A stretch of 63,895 bases of DNA, filler included, from Octopus bimaculoides (lineage: Eukaryota), in assembly GCF_001194135.2 (NCBI RefSeq). It is 5 parts of 5 records of this genome, joined end to end, with 100 filler letters (N's around TTAATTAATTAA, not from the genome) between each part and the next. Parts side by side here need not be neighbours in the genome. Positions count along the whole stretch, not along the records: positions 1 to 31,264 come from NC_068987.1; 4 more parts are not named here. One strand, 5' to 3'. A program made the translations under genes and the position numbers. The notes below the pieces were generated by a model that was not told where the DNA came from, did not search any database, and saw only the letters and a program-made list of their open reading frames with translations. Positions 1-12,182 of this stretch are shown here, piece by piece (the first letter of the stretch is position 1; every line of letters starts with the position of its first letter).

Positions 1-147
1 TATATATAAATGCACATACATATATGTTATGTATATATATGCATATATACATATGTATATATTCATGCACATGCATACACTCTCTCTCTCTCTCCCTCTC
101 TCACACGCACACACACACATAAAATAACATGTACTTTATTATGTTAG

Positions 148-299
148 ATGCCAGTATTGCTACATCAACCAAAGAGACTGACCACTGTGTGCCAAATCAG
201 CAAAACTCCCTTACTGAAGAACTATCAGATACTTCGGACTATGACAGGAACTTGATCGACATGGCTAAGAAGACTGTTAGCAAAAGAAGCCCATCCCAG
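148..299 (+). CDS. TERF2IP: Internal coding exon of the RAP1/TERF2IP gene (DASIATSTKETDHCVPNQQNSLTEELSDTSDYDRNLIDMAKKTVSKRSPSQ); upstream exons lie outside the window
   Basis: ttatgttAG acceptor and CAG|GTGAGC donor; open frame; the phase-0 end matches the phase-0 start of exon 3847. Assignment to this gene rests on the splice chain, not on domain homology. Confidence 0.7.
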
Positions 300-1162
300 G
301 TGAGCCTGTCTCCATTTCTTTCTCATATAAAGCCAATATAGAACATCCAACCAAAGGGCTATCCCCTGTTATCATAATCAAAATTTGAACATTCACTTTT
401 CCATGCTTGCATGGGTTAGACGCAGTTTATTGAGGCATACATTGTACAGCCAATTGATCATCCTGTCTCAAACCGCACCATCTTCTGAGCAAAGTGATAT
501 TTCTCCATAATCAAACATATTTTCACAGAATATTGTCAATGAATGACAGTGATACTCGTTTACAACTGTTATGCAATGTCAGGACAAAGTTAGACTCACG
601 CACACACGCACGCACATATATACAGTAGGCTTTTTTCAGTTTCCATCCACCGGATAAAGAGAACTCCCACTTGACTGAGTGGAATTGAAACCACAATCTC
701 GCTATTGTGAGTGCAGCACCCTCACTACAGAGCCATGTGCCCTCACATATATATGCATATGGATATATACAAGTATACACGCACACCCTCATATAAATAC
801 GAATGTGTGCATGTGTATGTCTGACAAAGTGTATATATGCCCTCATCTAGACATGTGCACGTGATTGTAAGCCTTTCTAAAACAGACATTGGAGTTCACT
901 ATGGTCATCCAGTTTGTTTGATCCTGTCAAACTGTCCAACCCACACCAGTGTGGAAGACAGACACTAAATGATAATCATGATAGTGTGCATTCCTGTGCA
1001 TGGGTGTGTGTGTGTGTAATGTATGTTTGTGGGTGGGGATTTTCTCTCACTGCATGATTGTAAACAAACATCATTGTCACACAAGTGGTCTCACCTGTTA
1101 AAAATTTGTGTGTGGTTTAAGGAAAAACAAAAACAGGGGAGGGTTAGCAACAGAAGGAACAT

Positions 1163-1690
1163 CCATCATCATCATCATCATCGTTTAACGTCCACTTTCC
1201 ATGCTAGCATGGGTTGGACGATTTGGCTGAGGACTGGTGAACCAGATGGCTACACCAGGCTCCAATCTGATTTGGCAGACTTTCTACAGCTGGATGCCCT
1301 TCCTAACACCAACCACTCCGAGAGTGTAGTGGGTGTTTTATGTGCCACCAGCACGAGGGCCAGTCAGGCGGAACTGGCGACAGCCACACTCGTAATGGTG
1401 TATTTTACTTGTCATCTGCATAGGGGCCAGCCCATCGGCTCTGGCAACGATCTTGCTCGAATGTCTTTTCACGTGCCACTGGCACAAGTGCCAGGGAGGC
1501 AACGTTGGTAACGATCAACGGCCACGCTCAAAATGGTGTATTTTACGTGTCATCTGCATAGGGGCCAGCCCATCGGCTCTGGCAACGATCTTTCTCGAAT
1601 GTCTTTTCACGTGCCAATGGCACAAGTGCCAGGAAGGCGACGAACAATCTTGCTCGAATGTCTTTTCACATGCCACTGGAAATTCAAAAT
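1163..1690 (-). mobile_element. RTE-type retroposon 3' tail with (GAT)n end and an internal ~138-bp tandem duplication
   Basis: Reverse complement of the recurring ...ttaggaagggcatccagctgtagaaa...catgctagcatggaaagcggacgttaaacgatgatgat tail; duplicated unit markers at 1395 and 1533. Confidence 0.75.
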
Positions 1691-2022
1691 GTTGTTCCAT
1701 CTCTACAGAAAGTTTAATATTTAAAACCATTATTGTCTTCAATCATCATCGTTAAACATTTCCTTTTCATGTTTGCATGAGTCAAACGAGACTTCATTAA
1801 GGCATAATTTTCTGCAGCTGGATGCTCTTTCTAACCCTAGCCAACACTTGTTTCCATATAAGGTAATAATTATTCCAGTCTATCAAACAACAACCAGGCT
1901 GGACATGTATAAATGGTGATGTTTTGCATACAATCACATGTATGTGTCAAGATGAGGGCAAATATACACTTTGTCAGGCATACACATGCACATGCACATA
2001 TGCATATTTATGTGTACATGTA

Positions 2023-2300
2023 TATATCTAGTGTCCTAGTGGTTAGGAAGTTGCACTCATAACCATGAGATCATGGTCTCAATTCCTGGACCAAGTGGTG
2101 CATTGTGTTCTTGAGCAAAACACTTCATCTTGCATTGCTCTGCAATCACTTTGACACCTGACATGTGGTACACCTTGCACCTGTTCAGGCAATGTTGATC
2201 TGATGGAGGGAATAAGCTAATGTACCACACAAACATTTGATCACTACAAACAAATCATTTGTGCAGGTTATTCAACAAGAAACTGTAGAACTGTCTTTCA
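2023..2300 (+). mobile_element. tRNA-derived SINE (related copies at ~11000-11260, 32060-32340, 62955-63230)
   Basis: A-box-like ctagtggttagg and B-box-like gttcgattcc head; shared core ttgtgttcttgagcaaaacactt..ttcacgttgctc. Confidence 0.65.
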
Positions 2301-2377
2301 AACTACAAGACTACTGTCATATATTTATATATATGTGTGTGTATATATATATATATGTATTATATATCTATATATTT

Positions 2378-2499
2378 ATATCATCATCATCATCGTTTAA
2401 CGTCCACTTTCCATGCTAGCATGGGTTGGACGATTTGACTGAGGACTGGTGAACCAGGTGGCTACACCAGGCTCCAATCTGATTTGGCAGAGTTTCTAC
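2378..2499 (-). mobile_element. RTE-type 3' tail truncated by a gap
   Basis: Near-identical to 1165-1290 and 17487-17631. Confidence 0.75.
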
Positions 2500-3846
2500 N
2501 NNNNNNNNNNNNNNNNNNNNNNNNNNNNNNNNNNNNNNNNNNNNNNNNNNNNNNNNNNNNNNNNNNNNNNNNNNNNNNNNNNNNNNNNNNNNNNNNNNNN
2601 NNNNNNNNNNNNNNNNNNNNNNNNNNNNNNNNNNNNNNNNNNNNNNNNNNNNNNNNNNNNNNNNNNNNNNNNNNNNNNNNNNNNNNNNNNNNNNNNNNNN
2701 NNNNNNNNNNNNNNNNNNNNNNNNNNNNNNNNNNNNNNNNNNNNNNNNNNNNNNNNNNNNNNNNNNNNNNNNNNNNNNNNNNNNNNNNNNNNNNNNNNNN
2801 NNNNNNNNNNNNNNNNNNNNNNNNNNNNNNNNNNNNNNNNNNNNNNNNNNNNNNNNNNNNNNNNNNNNNNNNNNNNNNNNNNNNNNNNNNNNNNNNNNNN
2901 NNNNNNNNNNNNNNNNNNNNNNNNNNNNNNNNNNNNNNNNNNNNNNNNNNNNNNNNNNNNNNNNNNNNNNNNNNNNNNNNNNNNNNNNNNNNNNNNNNNN
3001 NNNNNNNNNNNNNNNNNNNNNNNNNNNNNNNNNNNNNNNNNNNNNNNNNNNNNNNNNNNNNNNNNNNNNNNNNNNNNNNNNNNNNNNNNNNNNNNNNNNN
3101 NNNNNNNNNNNNNNNNNNNNNNNNNNNNNNNNNNNNNNNNNNNNNNNNNNNNNNNNNNNNNNNNNNNNNNNNNNNNNNNNNNNNNNNNNNNNNNNATGTA
3201 TATTTTAAACATCTTTTTCTTTATTTTTTTTATTTTATTTAAATATCACCTACTGAAGAGGACAAATTCGACCTTTATGATGTTCTATTTATGGAAATCT
3301 TGGTCTTTTGTCCGAAACAATTGTATGGGAATATGAAATATGAAATAAAAACTTAATCTGTTTTTACATCTGATCTGATTCATTTATTTTATTTGATGAA
3401 ATTTATTAAACTTTGATTAAAAAAAATAACTTTGATATTGATTATTTCTTTATATATATATATCCACACACACATATTTATATTCCCAGTTATTCCCAGC
3501 AACTTCTTGCTGTTGACACTACCAAAAATTAACAATATTATCTTTAAAGGCATGAGATTGTAAGGTTTTGGGGATGATAACTGACAGGGAAAGAGTAACG
3601 TCAATGTCTTGTGTGTCAATCTTCCATTTGTTCCTTTGTTGTGTTTCTGTTTAAGTTTTAGAACTTATATACACATACACACACACACAACAAGCTTCTT
3701 TCAGTTTTCATCTACCAGTTTCACTTGCAAATTACTAATCAAGCCATGACTAATGTTGAAGACACCAGCCTATAATAAATCACCTCCAACTGTTTCAAAC
3801 ACTTGTAGAATTCAGTGAATTAAATATGTATTTTTATTATTTTCAG

Positions 3847-3958
3847 GAGAGGCTCTCAGAAAGTTCCAGTTCTTCAGAAGAGGCAGAACAAGTCCAACGG
3901 GACCGCAGATCTCGTCTCTTGAGAAAGCGGAAACGGCAGAAACAGGCTCGACAGTCAA
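3847..3958 (+). CDS. TERF2IP: Internal coding exon (ERLSESSSSSEEAEQVQRDRRSRLLRKRKRQKQARQS): acidic Ser-rich stretch then a basic NLS-like stretch
   Basis: Strong polypyrimidine tract ending tttcAG, donor A|GTGAGT; phase 0 in, phase 1 out. Confidence 0.75.
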
Positions 3959-4883
3959 GTGAGTATTTTGCATCAGACATCTCAGAAATCACCATGGTCA
4001 TCAACAACACCATCGTCATTATAATTATCATCATCATCATCATCTTTATAACCATTGTTACCAACGTTTTACTAACACCATCAGCAGCAGCAACAGCAGC
4101 AGAATCAACATGCTACACAGTTTAATTAATCCTTGTTGGCCGGTAGCCACATCAATGGGACTATAGGAGGGGAGCTTTCTTACTCACTGTGCTATGAACA
4201 TTTGCTATTCATCCCTCTGCCCTGCATTGTTGTTTGTGTGGAAATGAGAGTTGCAAGCCTGGTCAAGTGGTAATGGAATTTGACTACCAATACATAGGTC
4301 TTGATTTCAAACCCCTTACTGATATTTCATTGCTTACTTGAACTGAACACTTCATTTTGCAACATTGCTTCTGTTTCCCGGTGTATCAAAAAAAAAATAA
4401 TTAAAATTAAAAATTAAATCAAAGAAGTCAATCACTGAGAGACACCATCTGCATGAAAAACAATAGTTAAGTTACTACATTTGTTAATATAGTAAGCCTT
4501 AACAATAAAAAATTTAATTAAAAATAATAATTACTTGATGAAAAAAAGATAGAATTAGCTCATTGAGTATTATTAGTGATTAAGTAATACTGCCTTTTCC
4601 TTATTGCATAATTATTCTTAATTACAATTTTTAAAATTTTTTCTGTATAAAAATATATTTAATTTAACTTAGCTGTTGTTTACCTGGGTCTCTGACAAAC
4701 TTCTGGTAATATTTCCAGAAATAAAGAAACTTTCTGTCCTATAGGACTTCTGTCTTTCTTTTGGTAAAAGCCATGAAGAACCAATAATTTTTTTTTGTTT
4801 TGTTCTAAATCCATTTGATACCAACCTACCTGAGACTGTCCTGGTTCTGTAATACCATCTTTTTGTTGTAAAATAAACTAAAG

Positions 4884-5081
4884 TAACCCTTTAGCAGTTC
4901 AACCGGCCATATCAGGCCAAACAAAATATTCTACTTGTTTTATATTCAAACTGACCAGATCCAGCCTCTCAGATCCAGCCTCATCAAAATCTCAAAGCTG
5001 AGATAACACATGATTAATTCAAACCAATGTGAATAAATTAGTATTACATTTGACAGAGTAATCTGAATGTTAAAGGGTTAA
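4884..5081. mobile_element. TTAA-type (piggyBac-like) MITE
   Basis: Termini TAACCCTTTAGCA / TGTTAAAGGGTTAA; homologous to 16320-16547. Confidence 0.7.
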
Positions 5082-5229
5082 AACCCTTTTCCATCAAAAA
5101 ATTATATTAATTTACATTCCAAATACTAGATTAATAATAATAACAGTTATTTCACTAAATTCATCTTTATTTTCAAAATTAATTGAAGCAGTTTTATTTT
5201 AGTTTGGCTGTCTTCTCGGATGCTTCAAT

Positions 5230-5618
5230 GATTTCATGCAAGCATGCCATCCATCATGGTTCCTCATGCATGTTGTTAAATTTCAACATTTGTGATTCCA
5301 CTGTCCTGAAGCAATTTGTCCACATAGGTTAGACATTTTCTTTTTCTGTTGTCTCTTCCTTCAGCTGACTGCCATAAGACCAGTTGACACACTGGTTCTT
5401 CTGGGTGCCTGATGCAATGACCAGCAATTCTCATTCTTCTCTGCTGAATATTCTCAGTCACTTTGGGCAGATCTTGATAAAGCTGCTTGTTGGTTAAATG
5501 AGCTCTCTATGTAACTTTCTTGTGTAGCAGCCATCTATTTGATTTTCACACCTTTTGGTAACGGACCAAGTTTCAGCACCATATAACAAAACTGACTCTA
5601 CCATGGAAACAAACAATC
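5230..5618 (-). mobile_element. RTE-clade LINE ORF C-terminal remnant
   Basis: VESVLLYGAETWSVTK..IDGCYTRKL and RRMRIAGHCIRHPEEP..LVLWQ..GR..LTYVD are typical RTE C-terminal motifs; in-frame stop. Confidence 0.85.
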
Positions 5619-6307
5619 NNNNNNNNNNNNNNNNNNNNNNNNNNNNNNNNNNNNNNNNNNNNNNNNNNNNNNNNNNNNNNNNNNNNNNNNNNNNNNNNNN
5701 NNNNNNNNNNNNNNNNNNNNNNNNNNNNNNNNNNNNNNNNNNNNNNNNNNNNNNNNNNNNNNNNNNNNNNNNNNNNNNNNNNNNNNNNNNNNNNNNNNNN
5801 NNNNNNNNNNNNNNNNNNNNNNNNNNNNNNNNNNNNNNNNNNNNNNNNNNNNNNNNNNNNNNNNNNNNNNNNNNNNNNNNNNNNNNNNNNNNNNNNNNNN
5901 NNNNNNNNNNNNNNNNNNNNNNNNNNNNNNNNNNNNNNNNNNNNNNNNNNNNNNNNNNNNNNNNNNNNNNNNNNNNNNNNNNNNNNNNNNNNNNNNNNNN
6001 NNNNNNNNNNNNNNNNNNNNNNNNNNNNNNNNNNNNNNNNNNNNNNNNNNNNNNNNNNNNNNNNNNNNNNNNNNNNNNNNNNNNNNNNNNNNNNNNNNNN
6101 NNNNNNNNNNNNNNNNNNNNNNNNNNNNNNNNNNNNNNNNNNNNNNNNNNNNNNNNNACACCAGAGTAAGTACATAAATGTGAAACAAGATGGAAAAAAT
6201 AGTACTCAAATACTGGAGGTAGAATATATATATATATATGTATGTATATATGACAATATATAATATATGCAATATATATATGTGGCACTCCATTGGTTAT
6301 GACAAGG

Positions 6308-6624
6308 AGGGTTTCATTTAATCTGGTCAACAGAACAGCCAGCTCGTGAAATTAACATGCAAGTGGCTGAGCACTCCACAGGCACATGTACCATTAACAT
6401 AGTTCTCAGGGGAGATTCAGCATGACACAGAGTGTGACAAGACTGGCCCTTTGAAATACAGATACAACAGAAACAGGAGGAAAGAGGGAGAGAAAGTTGT
6501 GGTGAAAGAGTACAGCAGGGTTCACCACCACCCCCTGCCAGAGCCTCATGGAACTTTAGGTGTTTTCGCTCAATAAACACTCACAACGCCCAGTCTGGGA
6601 ATCAAAACCACAATCCTACGGCCG
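6308..6624 (-). mobile_element. tRNA-derived SINE family with (CAA)n tail; 5' end lost in a gap
   Basis: Homologous to the full copy at 17908-18275. Confidence 0.8.
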
Positions 6625-6982
6625 NNNNNNNNNNNNNNNNNNNNNNNNNNNNNNNNNNNNNNNNNNNNNNNNNNNNNNNNNNNNNNNNNNNNNNNNNNNN
6701 NNNNNNNNNNNNNNNNNNNNNNNNNNNNNNNNNNNNNNNNNNNNNNNNNNNNNNNNNNNNNNNNNNNNNNNNNNNNNNNNNNNNNNNNNNNNNNNNNNNN
6801 NNNNNNNNNNNNNNNNNNNNNNNNNNNNNNNNNNNNNNNNNNNNNNNNNNNNNNNNNNNNNNNNNNNNNNNNNNNNNNNNNNNNNNNNNNNNNNNNNNNN
6901 NNNNNNNNNNNNNNNNNNNNNNNNNNNNNNNNNNNNNNNNNNTATATTTCTGCTGCTTTTAAATAAAGTATATATATATTTA

Positions 6983-7220
6983 TATTGGGTTGATGCGTAA
7001 TTGCTGCGGCTTTTTTGCAACAAAAACAATAACATGTAACAAAAACATCTTTAAATGATTATTCCAGAGCATATTCACCATCTACTTCAATTACTGCTTC
7101 CCATTTGCTTGGCAGACGGTCAGACCGTCATTAAAGATGTTTTTGCTAAATATTGTTATTGTTTTTGTTGAATAAAATCTGTTGAAAAAAGCTGCAATAA
7201 TTATGCACCAACCCAAGATA
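6983..7220 (-). mobile_element. Internally deleted mariner element
   Basis: Imperfect ~34-bp TIRs (TATTGGGTTGATGCGTAATTGCTGCGGCTTTTTT and its reverse complement) in TA context; minus strand encodes the mariner C-terminus DRLPSKWEAVIEVDGEYALE*. Confidence 0.85.
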
Positions 7221-7419
7221 TATATATATATATATATCCATTTTGTGTTAACTGTGGAATAAATAAAAGAGTAATCATTGCCATAGTAGAGATAAATAAT
7301 ATATTTTGGGCCAAATCAGTCTCTTGCTACACTGAATTTCACTTCTAGGTGCTCAGAAAGATCCTATGCTCCTACTTACAGATGACATTCACAGTATCAA
7401 GAGACTGGCTTGACCCAAG

Positions 7420-8330
7420 GGCAGTAGAATAATAGGAAAGTTATCAGAGGAAGTAGTGTTCATATGTGGAAGATGCACACAAGCCATAAAATCTCCAGAT
7501 ATTCAGGAAATTGATTTTCTCAAATGCCCCAGAGGCTCTTTAGAGGTAGTGGATAATTACTGCTACCTAAGGGACCAAACTAGTAGTGGGGTGAGAGTGT
7601 ATAGAAAGTGTAATAACTAGAATAAGAATTGGATGGAGAAAATTCAGGAAGTTTTTACCTTTGTTGGCAACCAAAGGTTTCTCTGAGAAAAAGGAAAATT
7701 GTATGATGTATGTATATGAACAGTAATTCTACATGGTAGTGAGATGTAGGCCCTGAATGCAGAGGACATGTGAAGGCTAGAGAGCAATGAGGCTATGCTC
7801 TGCTGGATGTGTAATGTAAGCACTCTGTTCATGTGCAACAGAGTGCTTGTATGTTGACAGAAAAGTTTGGCATAAGAGAAATTAGATGTCGTGTGCAAGA
7901 GAAAAGACTGCATTGGTTTGATCATGTGATATGGATGGCTGTCAACAGCTCCATAAAGAAGTGCCAATCACTCAATTGGATGGAACTTGTGAAAGAGGGA
8001 GACCCAAGAAGACATGGGACAAAATACTGAAGAATGATCTCAGGACACTGAACCTTATAGAGGAGATCTGGTGCCTTACTATACTCAGGAAGACCCATCC
8101 TACACAGTAGAAATGTTAATGCCACTCCTCCTGCTGAAAATGATTGGCCTGCAAGAGCCCTGTGTCATTTCCACATAAAAAGAAAACTCTTGTGTCAGCA
8201 CTATGTAAAAGTGCTTGTGCTAGTGCCATGTAAAAATCACCCATCACACTTTGTAAAGTTGTTGGTATTAGGAAGGGCATCCAGCTGTAGAAACCAAGCC
8301 AAAACAGACTGGAATTTGGTACAACTCTCC
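7420..8330 (+). mobile_element. 5'-truncated RTE-clade LINE: degenerate ORF C-terminus followed by its 3' UTR
   Basis: LEVVDNYCYLRD, TRIRIGWRKFRKFLPLL, ILHGSEM, RLHWFDHV, RGRPKKTWDKILKNDL with stops and frameshifts; runs into the shared tail motif at 8268-8295. Confidence 0.88.
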
Positions 8331-8792
8331 AGCTTGAAGTCTACTTCACCAGGCCTGAAATGGGTCAGACAGAATTCATTTAAGCAGATTTTTATGACCA
8401 GATACCCTTCTTATAGTCAACCTTCACCTTTTGCCCTTTTTCCAAGCCAAGATAATATTTCCCCATGGCTAGACATGCTTTTCATGTAAGATTGGATATC
8501 ACTGTATCATGCTGATACTCTTTTACAATCATCACATGTCAAAACAAGGAGATACAGGTACATACATTCATGCACACAGGTGGCCAGTCACAAACACAAA
8601 ATGTCATTGTCAAAAATATGAATTTTACATCATGTATTGTAATTTTCTTGTCTGAAATATGAACAATTACACAGTCTGTCTGAAATAGAACAGAGTTGAA
8701 ATATAGTACTTATATAACATAGTTTATGATAAATTTATGCTTTCATACTTTATTTCAGTATACTGTTACTGCATTATTTTCACATTCACATA

Positions 8793-8990
8793 AGGCAGTG
8801 AGCCGGCAGAATCATTAGCACACTGGACGAAATACTTAGTGGTATTTCGCTCGTCATTACGTTCTGAGTTCAAATTACGCCAAGATCAACTTTGCTTTTC
8901 ATCCTTTCAGAGTTGATAAAATAAGTACCAGTTGAGCACTGGGGTTGATGTAATCGACTTATCCCTACCCCCCAGCTGCCCTTGTGGCAA
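8793..8990 (+). mobile_element. tRNA-derived SINE (copies at 17103-17320 +, 26642-26807 -, 38057-38230 +, 39590-39800 -)
   Basis: Shared ggcagtgagctggcagaatc...gttctgagttcaaattcc...tttgcctttcatcctttcggggtcgataa sequence. Confidence 0.8.
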
Positions 8991-9344
8991 AAATTTGAAA
9001 TATTTCCCCTACAAAATTACTTTAAAATATCTTTCAGAGATGCCAAAAGAGTTAGGCCAATAGAATAAGTACTAGGCTTACAAAGAATAAGTCCTGGGGG
9101 TGATTTGCTCAACTAAAGGCAGTGCTCCAGCATGGCCGCAGTCAAATGACTGAAACAAGTAAAAGAGTAAGTGTATGATGGAAGATACTAAGTTTGTTTT
9201 GTACTCAAAATATACTTTTGAAATAGAGTTGTGTCTTATACACTAACAAATACATTACTTTTTTTTCTTCTTTTGCTTATTTATGAAGTTATTAAAATTT
9301 TTAATCTTAGGTAATTATGTATAGTACCATTTCTTTATTTTTAG

Positions 9345-9587
9345 AAATCATCAGCATGACGTAACTCAAGGTATCTAAATTAAACATTTTATGGAGCAAG
9401 ACGTTTTTTAGAAATAGAAAATAATTAGTCTAGAAGAAATTGATGGAATGTGTTTTTCCCTTTCTATTTTTGCTTGTCTTTTTCTTCATGGAATATTAAT
9501 ACTTTAGCAATCTAGAGAGAAAAGAGAAAAAATTCTTTGTGTCTATATACAGAGTAACTATTTGTAGGGAGTTCTTACCTTGTGAAG
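9345..9587 (+). pseudogene. Older copy of the micro-exon pair (26 nt at 9345-9370, 20 nt at 9568-9587); either pseudo-exons or used in another frame
   Basis: AG/GT-bounded paralogues of 10012-10037 and 10218-10236. TAA in the phase-1 frame and one extra nt in the second exon; open in the phase-2 frame (NHQHDVTQGSSYLVK). Confidence 0.35.
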
Positions 9588-10011
9588 GTGCTTTTTTAGT
9601 AGCTGATATTTTAGTTTTAACTTCAAACAAAATTTATAAGCCGTTACTGATATATTTGAGGTGCTGTTATTCAAATCAAACTGCTACTACATAGTAGTAA
9701 TCCCTTGTTATGTAGTAGAAGAAATATCTCTTCATAGACATAACACCTCAGCTTACAGTTTACAGTTTGAATGGATCTTTAGGATTCTCAGCTGGAGTAT
9801 TTCAAGTACATGGAGTCCCACAGAAAACAATTAGTAGGAGGATGATAATCATTTCTTTGTAATATTTGGCAAAATTACAAGTTTGAATTTGAAATTTAGG
9901 ATCTATGCAACATAGAATATACATTTTTTTCTTTTCTTTTTTATGAATATGAAGTTCTTGAAATTTATAATTTTAGGTAATCATGCATAGTACCATTTCA
10001 TTCTTTATTAG

Positions 10012-10037
10012 AAATCAACAGCATGACAAAATCTGAG
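10012..10037 (+). CDS. TERF2IP: Candidate 26-nt micro-exon (K-INSMTKSE)
   Basis: ttctttattAG acceptor and GAG|GTATAT donor; open in phase 1, continuing exon 3847-3958. Confidence 0.4.
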
Positions 10038-10217
10038 GTATATAAATTAAATATTTTATGAAACGAGACATTTCCTATAGATGGAAAATAATTATAGTCT
10101 AAAAGAAATTCATGGAATGTGTTTCTTTCCTGTTACCTTTTTCTTCTTTTTTTTTTCTTCATAAAGCATTAGTTAGAGAAAATTCTTAGTGTCTACACAG
10201 AGAGTAACTGCTTCCAG

Positions 10218-10236
10218 GGAGTTCTACCTTGTGAAG
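10218..10236 (+). CDS. TERF2IP: Candidate 19-nt micro-exon (GVLPCE)
   Basis: gtaactgcttccAG acceptor and AAG|GT donor (then a gap); 26+19=45 nt preserves frame. Confidence 0.4.
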
Positions 10237-10635
10237 GTNNNNNNNNNNNNNNNNNNNNNNNNNNNNNNNNNNNNNNNNNNNNNNNNNNNNNNNNNNNNNN
10301 NNNNNNNNNNNNNNNNNNNNNNNNNNNNNNNNNNNNNNNNNNNNNNNNNNNNNNNNNNNNNNNNNNNNNNNNNNNNNNNNNNNNNNNNNNNNNNNNNNNN
10401 NNNNNNNNNNNNNNNNNNNNNNNNNNNNNNNNNNNNNNNNNNNNNNNNNNNNNNNNNNNNNNNNNNNNNNNNNNNNNNNNNNNNNNNNNNNNNNNNNNNN
10501 NNNNNNNNNNNNNNNNNNNNNNNNNNNNNNNNNNNNNNNNNNNNNNNNNNNNNNNNNNNNNNNNNNNNNNNNNNNNNNNNNNNNNNNNNNNNNNNNNNNN
10601 NNNNNNNNNNNNNNNNNNNNNNNNNNNNNNNNNNN

Positions 10636-10707
10636 CCAGGAAGCAGAAATCATTGACAAACTTTGTAATCAATGAGGAAACGGACAGTTCTTCCCGCCCA
10701 AAAAAGA
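10636..10707 (+). CDS. TERF2IP: Coding exon with 5' boundary uncertain or inside the N-gap (RKQKSLTNFVINEETDSSSRPKK)
   Basis: One open frame ending at A|GTAAGT; phase 1 matches exon 13819. Confidence 0.65.
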
Positions 10708-10909
10708 GTAAGTGATTATTGACATCTTCTTCACTATTCTCTTTATTCTTTTCCTAGTCTTACCTGTTGGTTTGCAGCCATGCTGGGTCACTCTTTTTAA
10801 AAGTTTTAGTTAATATGTTGACACTAGTATATATTTTAGTCTGCTTGCTTGATGTTTTAACAATTGTCTAAAGTTATAAAGCTTGATGCCTCCATACACT
10901 TTGAGATGT

Positions 10910-10954
<45 letters not shown>

Positions 10955-12182
10955 TGCATGCACTTATTAGATATGTCTAATATATACTTTACGTGAAGAT
11001 GCATGGCCTAATGGTTATGATGTTACACTCGTAATCACAATATCATAGTTTCAATTCCTGTGCCAAGTGGTGAATTTTGTTCTTGAGCAATACACTTCAT
11101 TTCACATTGCTCCAGTCTACTCAGTTGTAAATGAGTTACCCTGTGATAGACTAGCATCCTATCCCTTGGGAATGTTGTGATCTCAGTCACTTATACGCCA
11201 TGGAAGCCAGGTCACCAGCCTTGTGAGTCCTAGGACTTGAAATCATAATGTGTAGGAGTTGATGATGATGATGATTATGAATATATTCTTTGGTGGTATG
11301 AAGAACCATGGTAGGTAGTATGGCAAAACAAAGAACTGCAGTATGTCTGCCTGTCTAGGAGGACAGCAACTCCAAAGAAGAACTGATACAAGGTAGAGGT
11401 GTCTCTTCAGTTTTGCTTTGATGGAACAAACCTTTTTCAGTGCCAATGGTTATAAGATGTACCCTGTACATTCTGAAAGTAGCTAGTGATAGGATAAATA
11501 TCCAGCCTTAGAAATCATGCTAAAAATGTAATGCACAAGCAAGATGTGGATGCAGCATGACAAGTTACTTCTTTATTATGATGTTGAAGAGATAAAAGAA
11601 AGAAAAGATAGAAAGTTATAACAGTCTGAAACCTAGTGCCAAAGAGGAGAGCAAATTTGACAAAAAAAACCCAGCCAAGTTTTGATAAATAACCAATAAA
11701 AGCTGGAAAGGACAGTCAAAGAAGAACTTGGTAAGAAATGTGAAAATGCAGTAATCATTGTGGATGGTACAAGTGAATTTGACTCAAATAATTTAACTAA
11801 ATAGAAGAGGAAAGAAAAACAAGTATGTTTAAAGTTATTTTAATGCTTCTAAAAATATTTCACTTTGGAGAGAAAAAAATGATATTTTGATAAAATTGTC
11901 TTAGTTTGGCTCTCACTGGAAAATGTTAGAGAAAAAAATGCAAAGGATTGATAGTTAAGATGTTTTTATTTATGTTTNNNNNNNNNNNNNNNNNNNNNNN
12001 NNNNNNNNNNNNNNNNNNNNNNNNNNNNNNNNNNNNNNNNNNNNNNNNNNNNNNNNNNNNNNNNNNNNNNNNNNNNNNNNNNNNNNNNNNNNNNNNNNNN
12101 NNNNNNNNNNNNNNNNNNNNNNNNNNNNNNNNNNNNNNNNNNNNNNNNNNNNNNNNNNNNNNNNNNNNNNNNNNNNNNNNNN

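Noticed and set aside
7349-7395. Possible extra RAP1 exon after ttctAG (SAQKDPMLLLTDDIH)
   Set aside because: No convincing donor before the in-frame stop, and it abuts a LINE remnant
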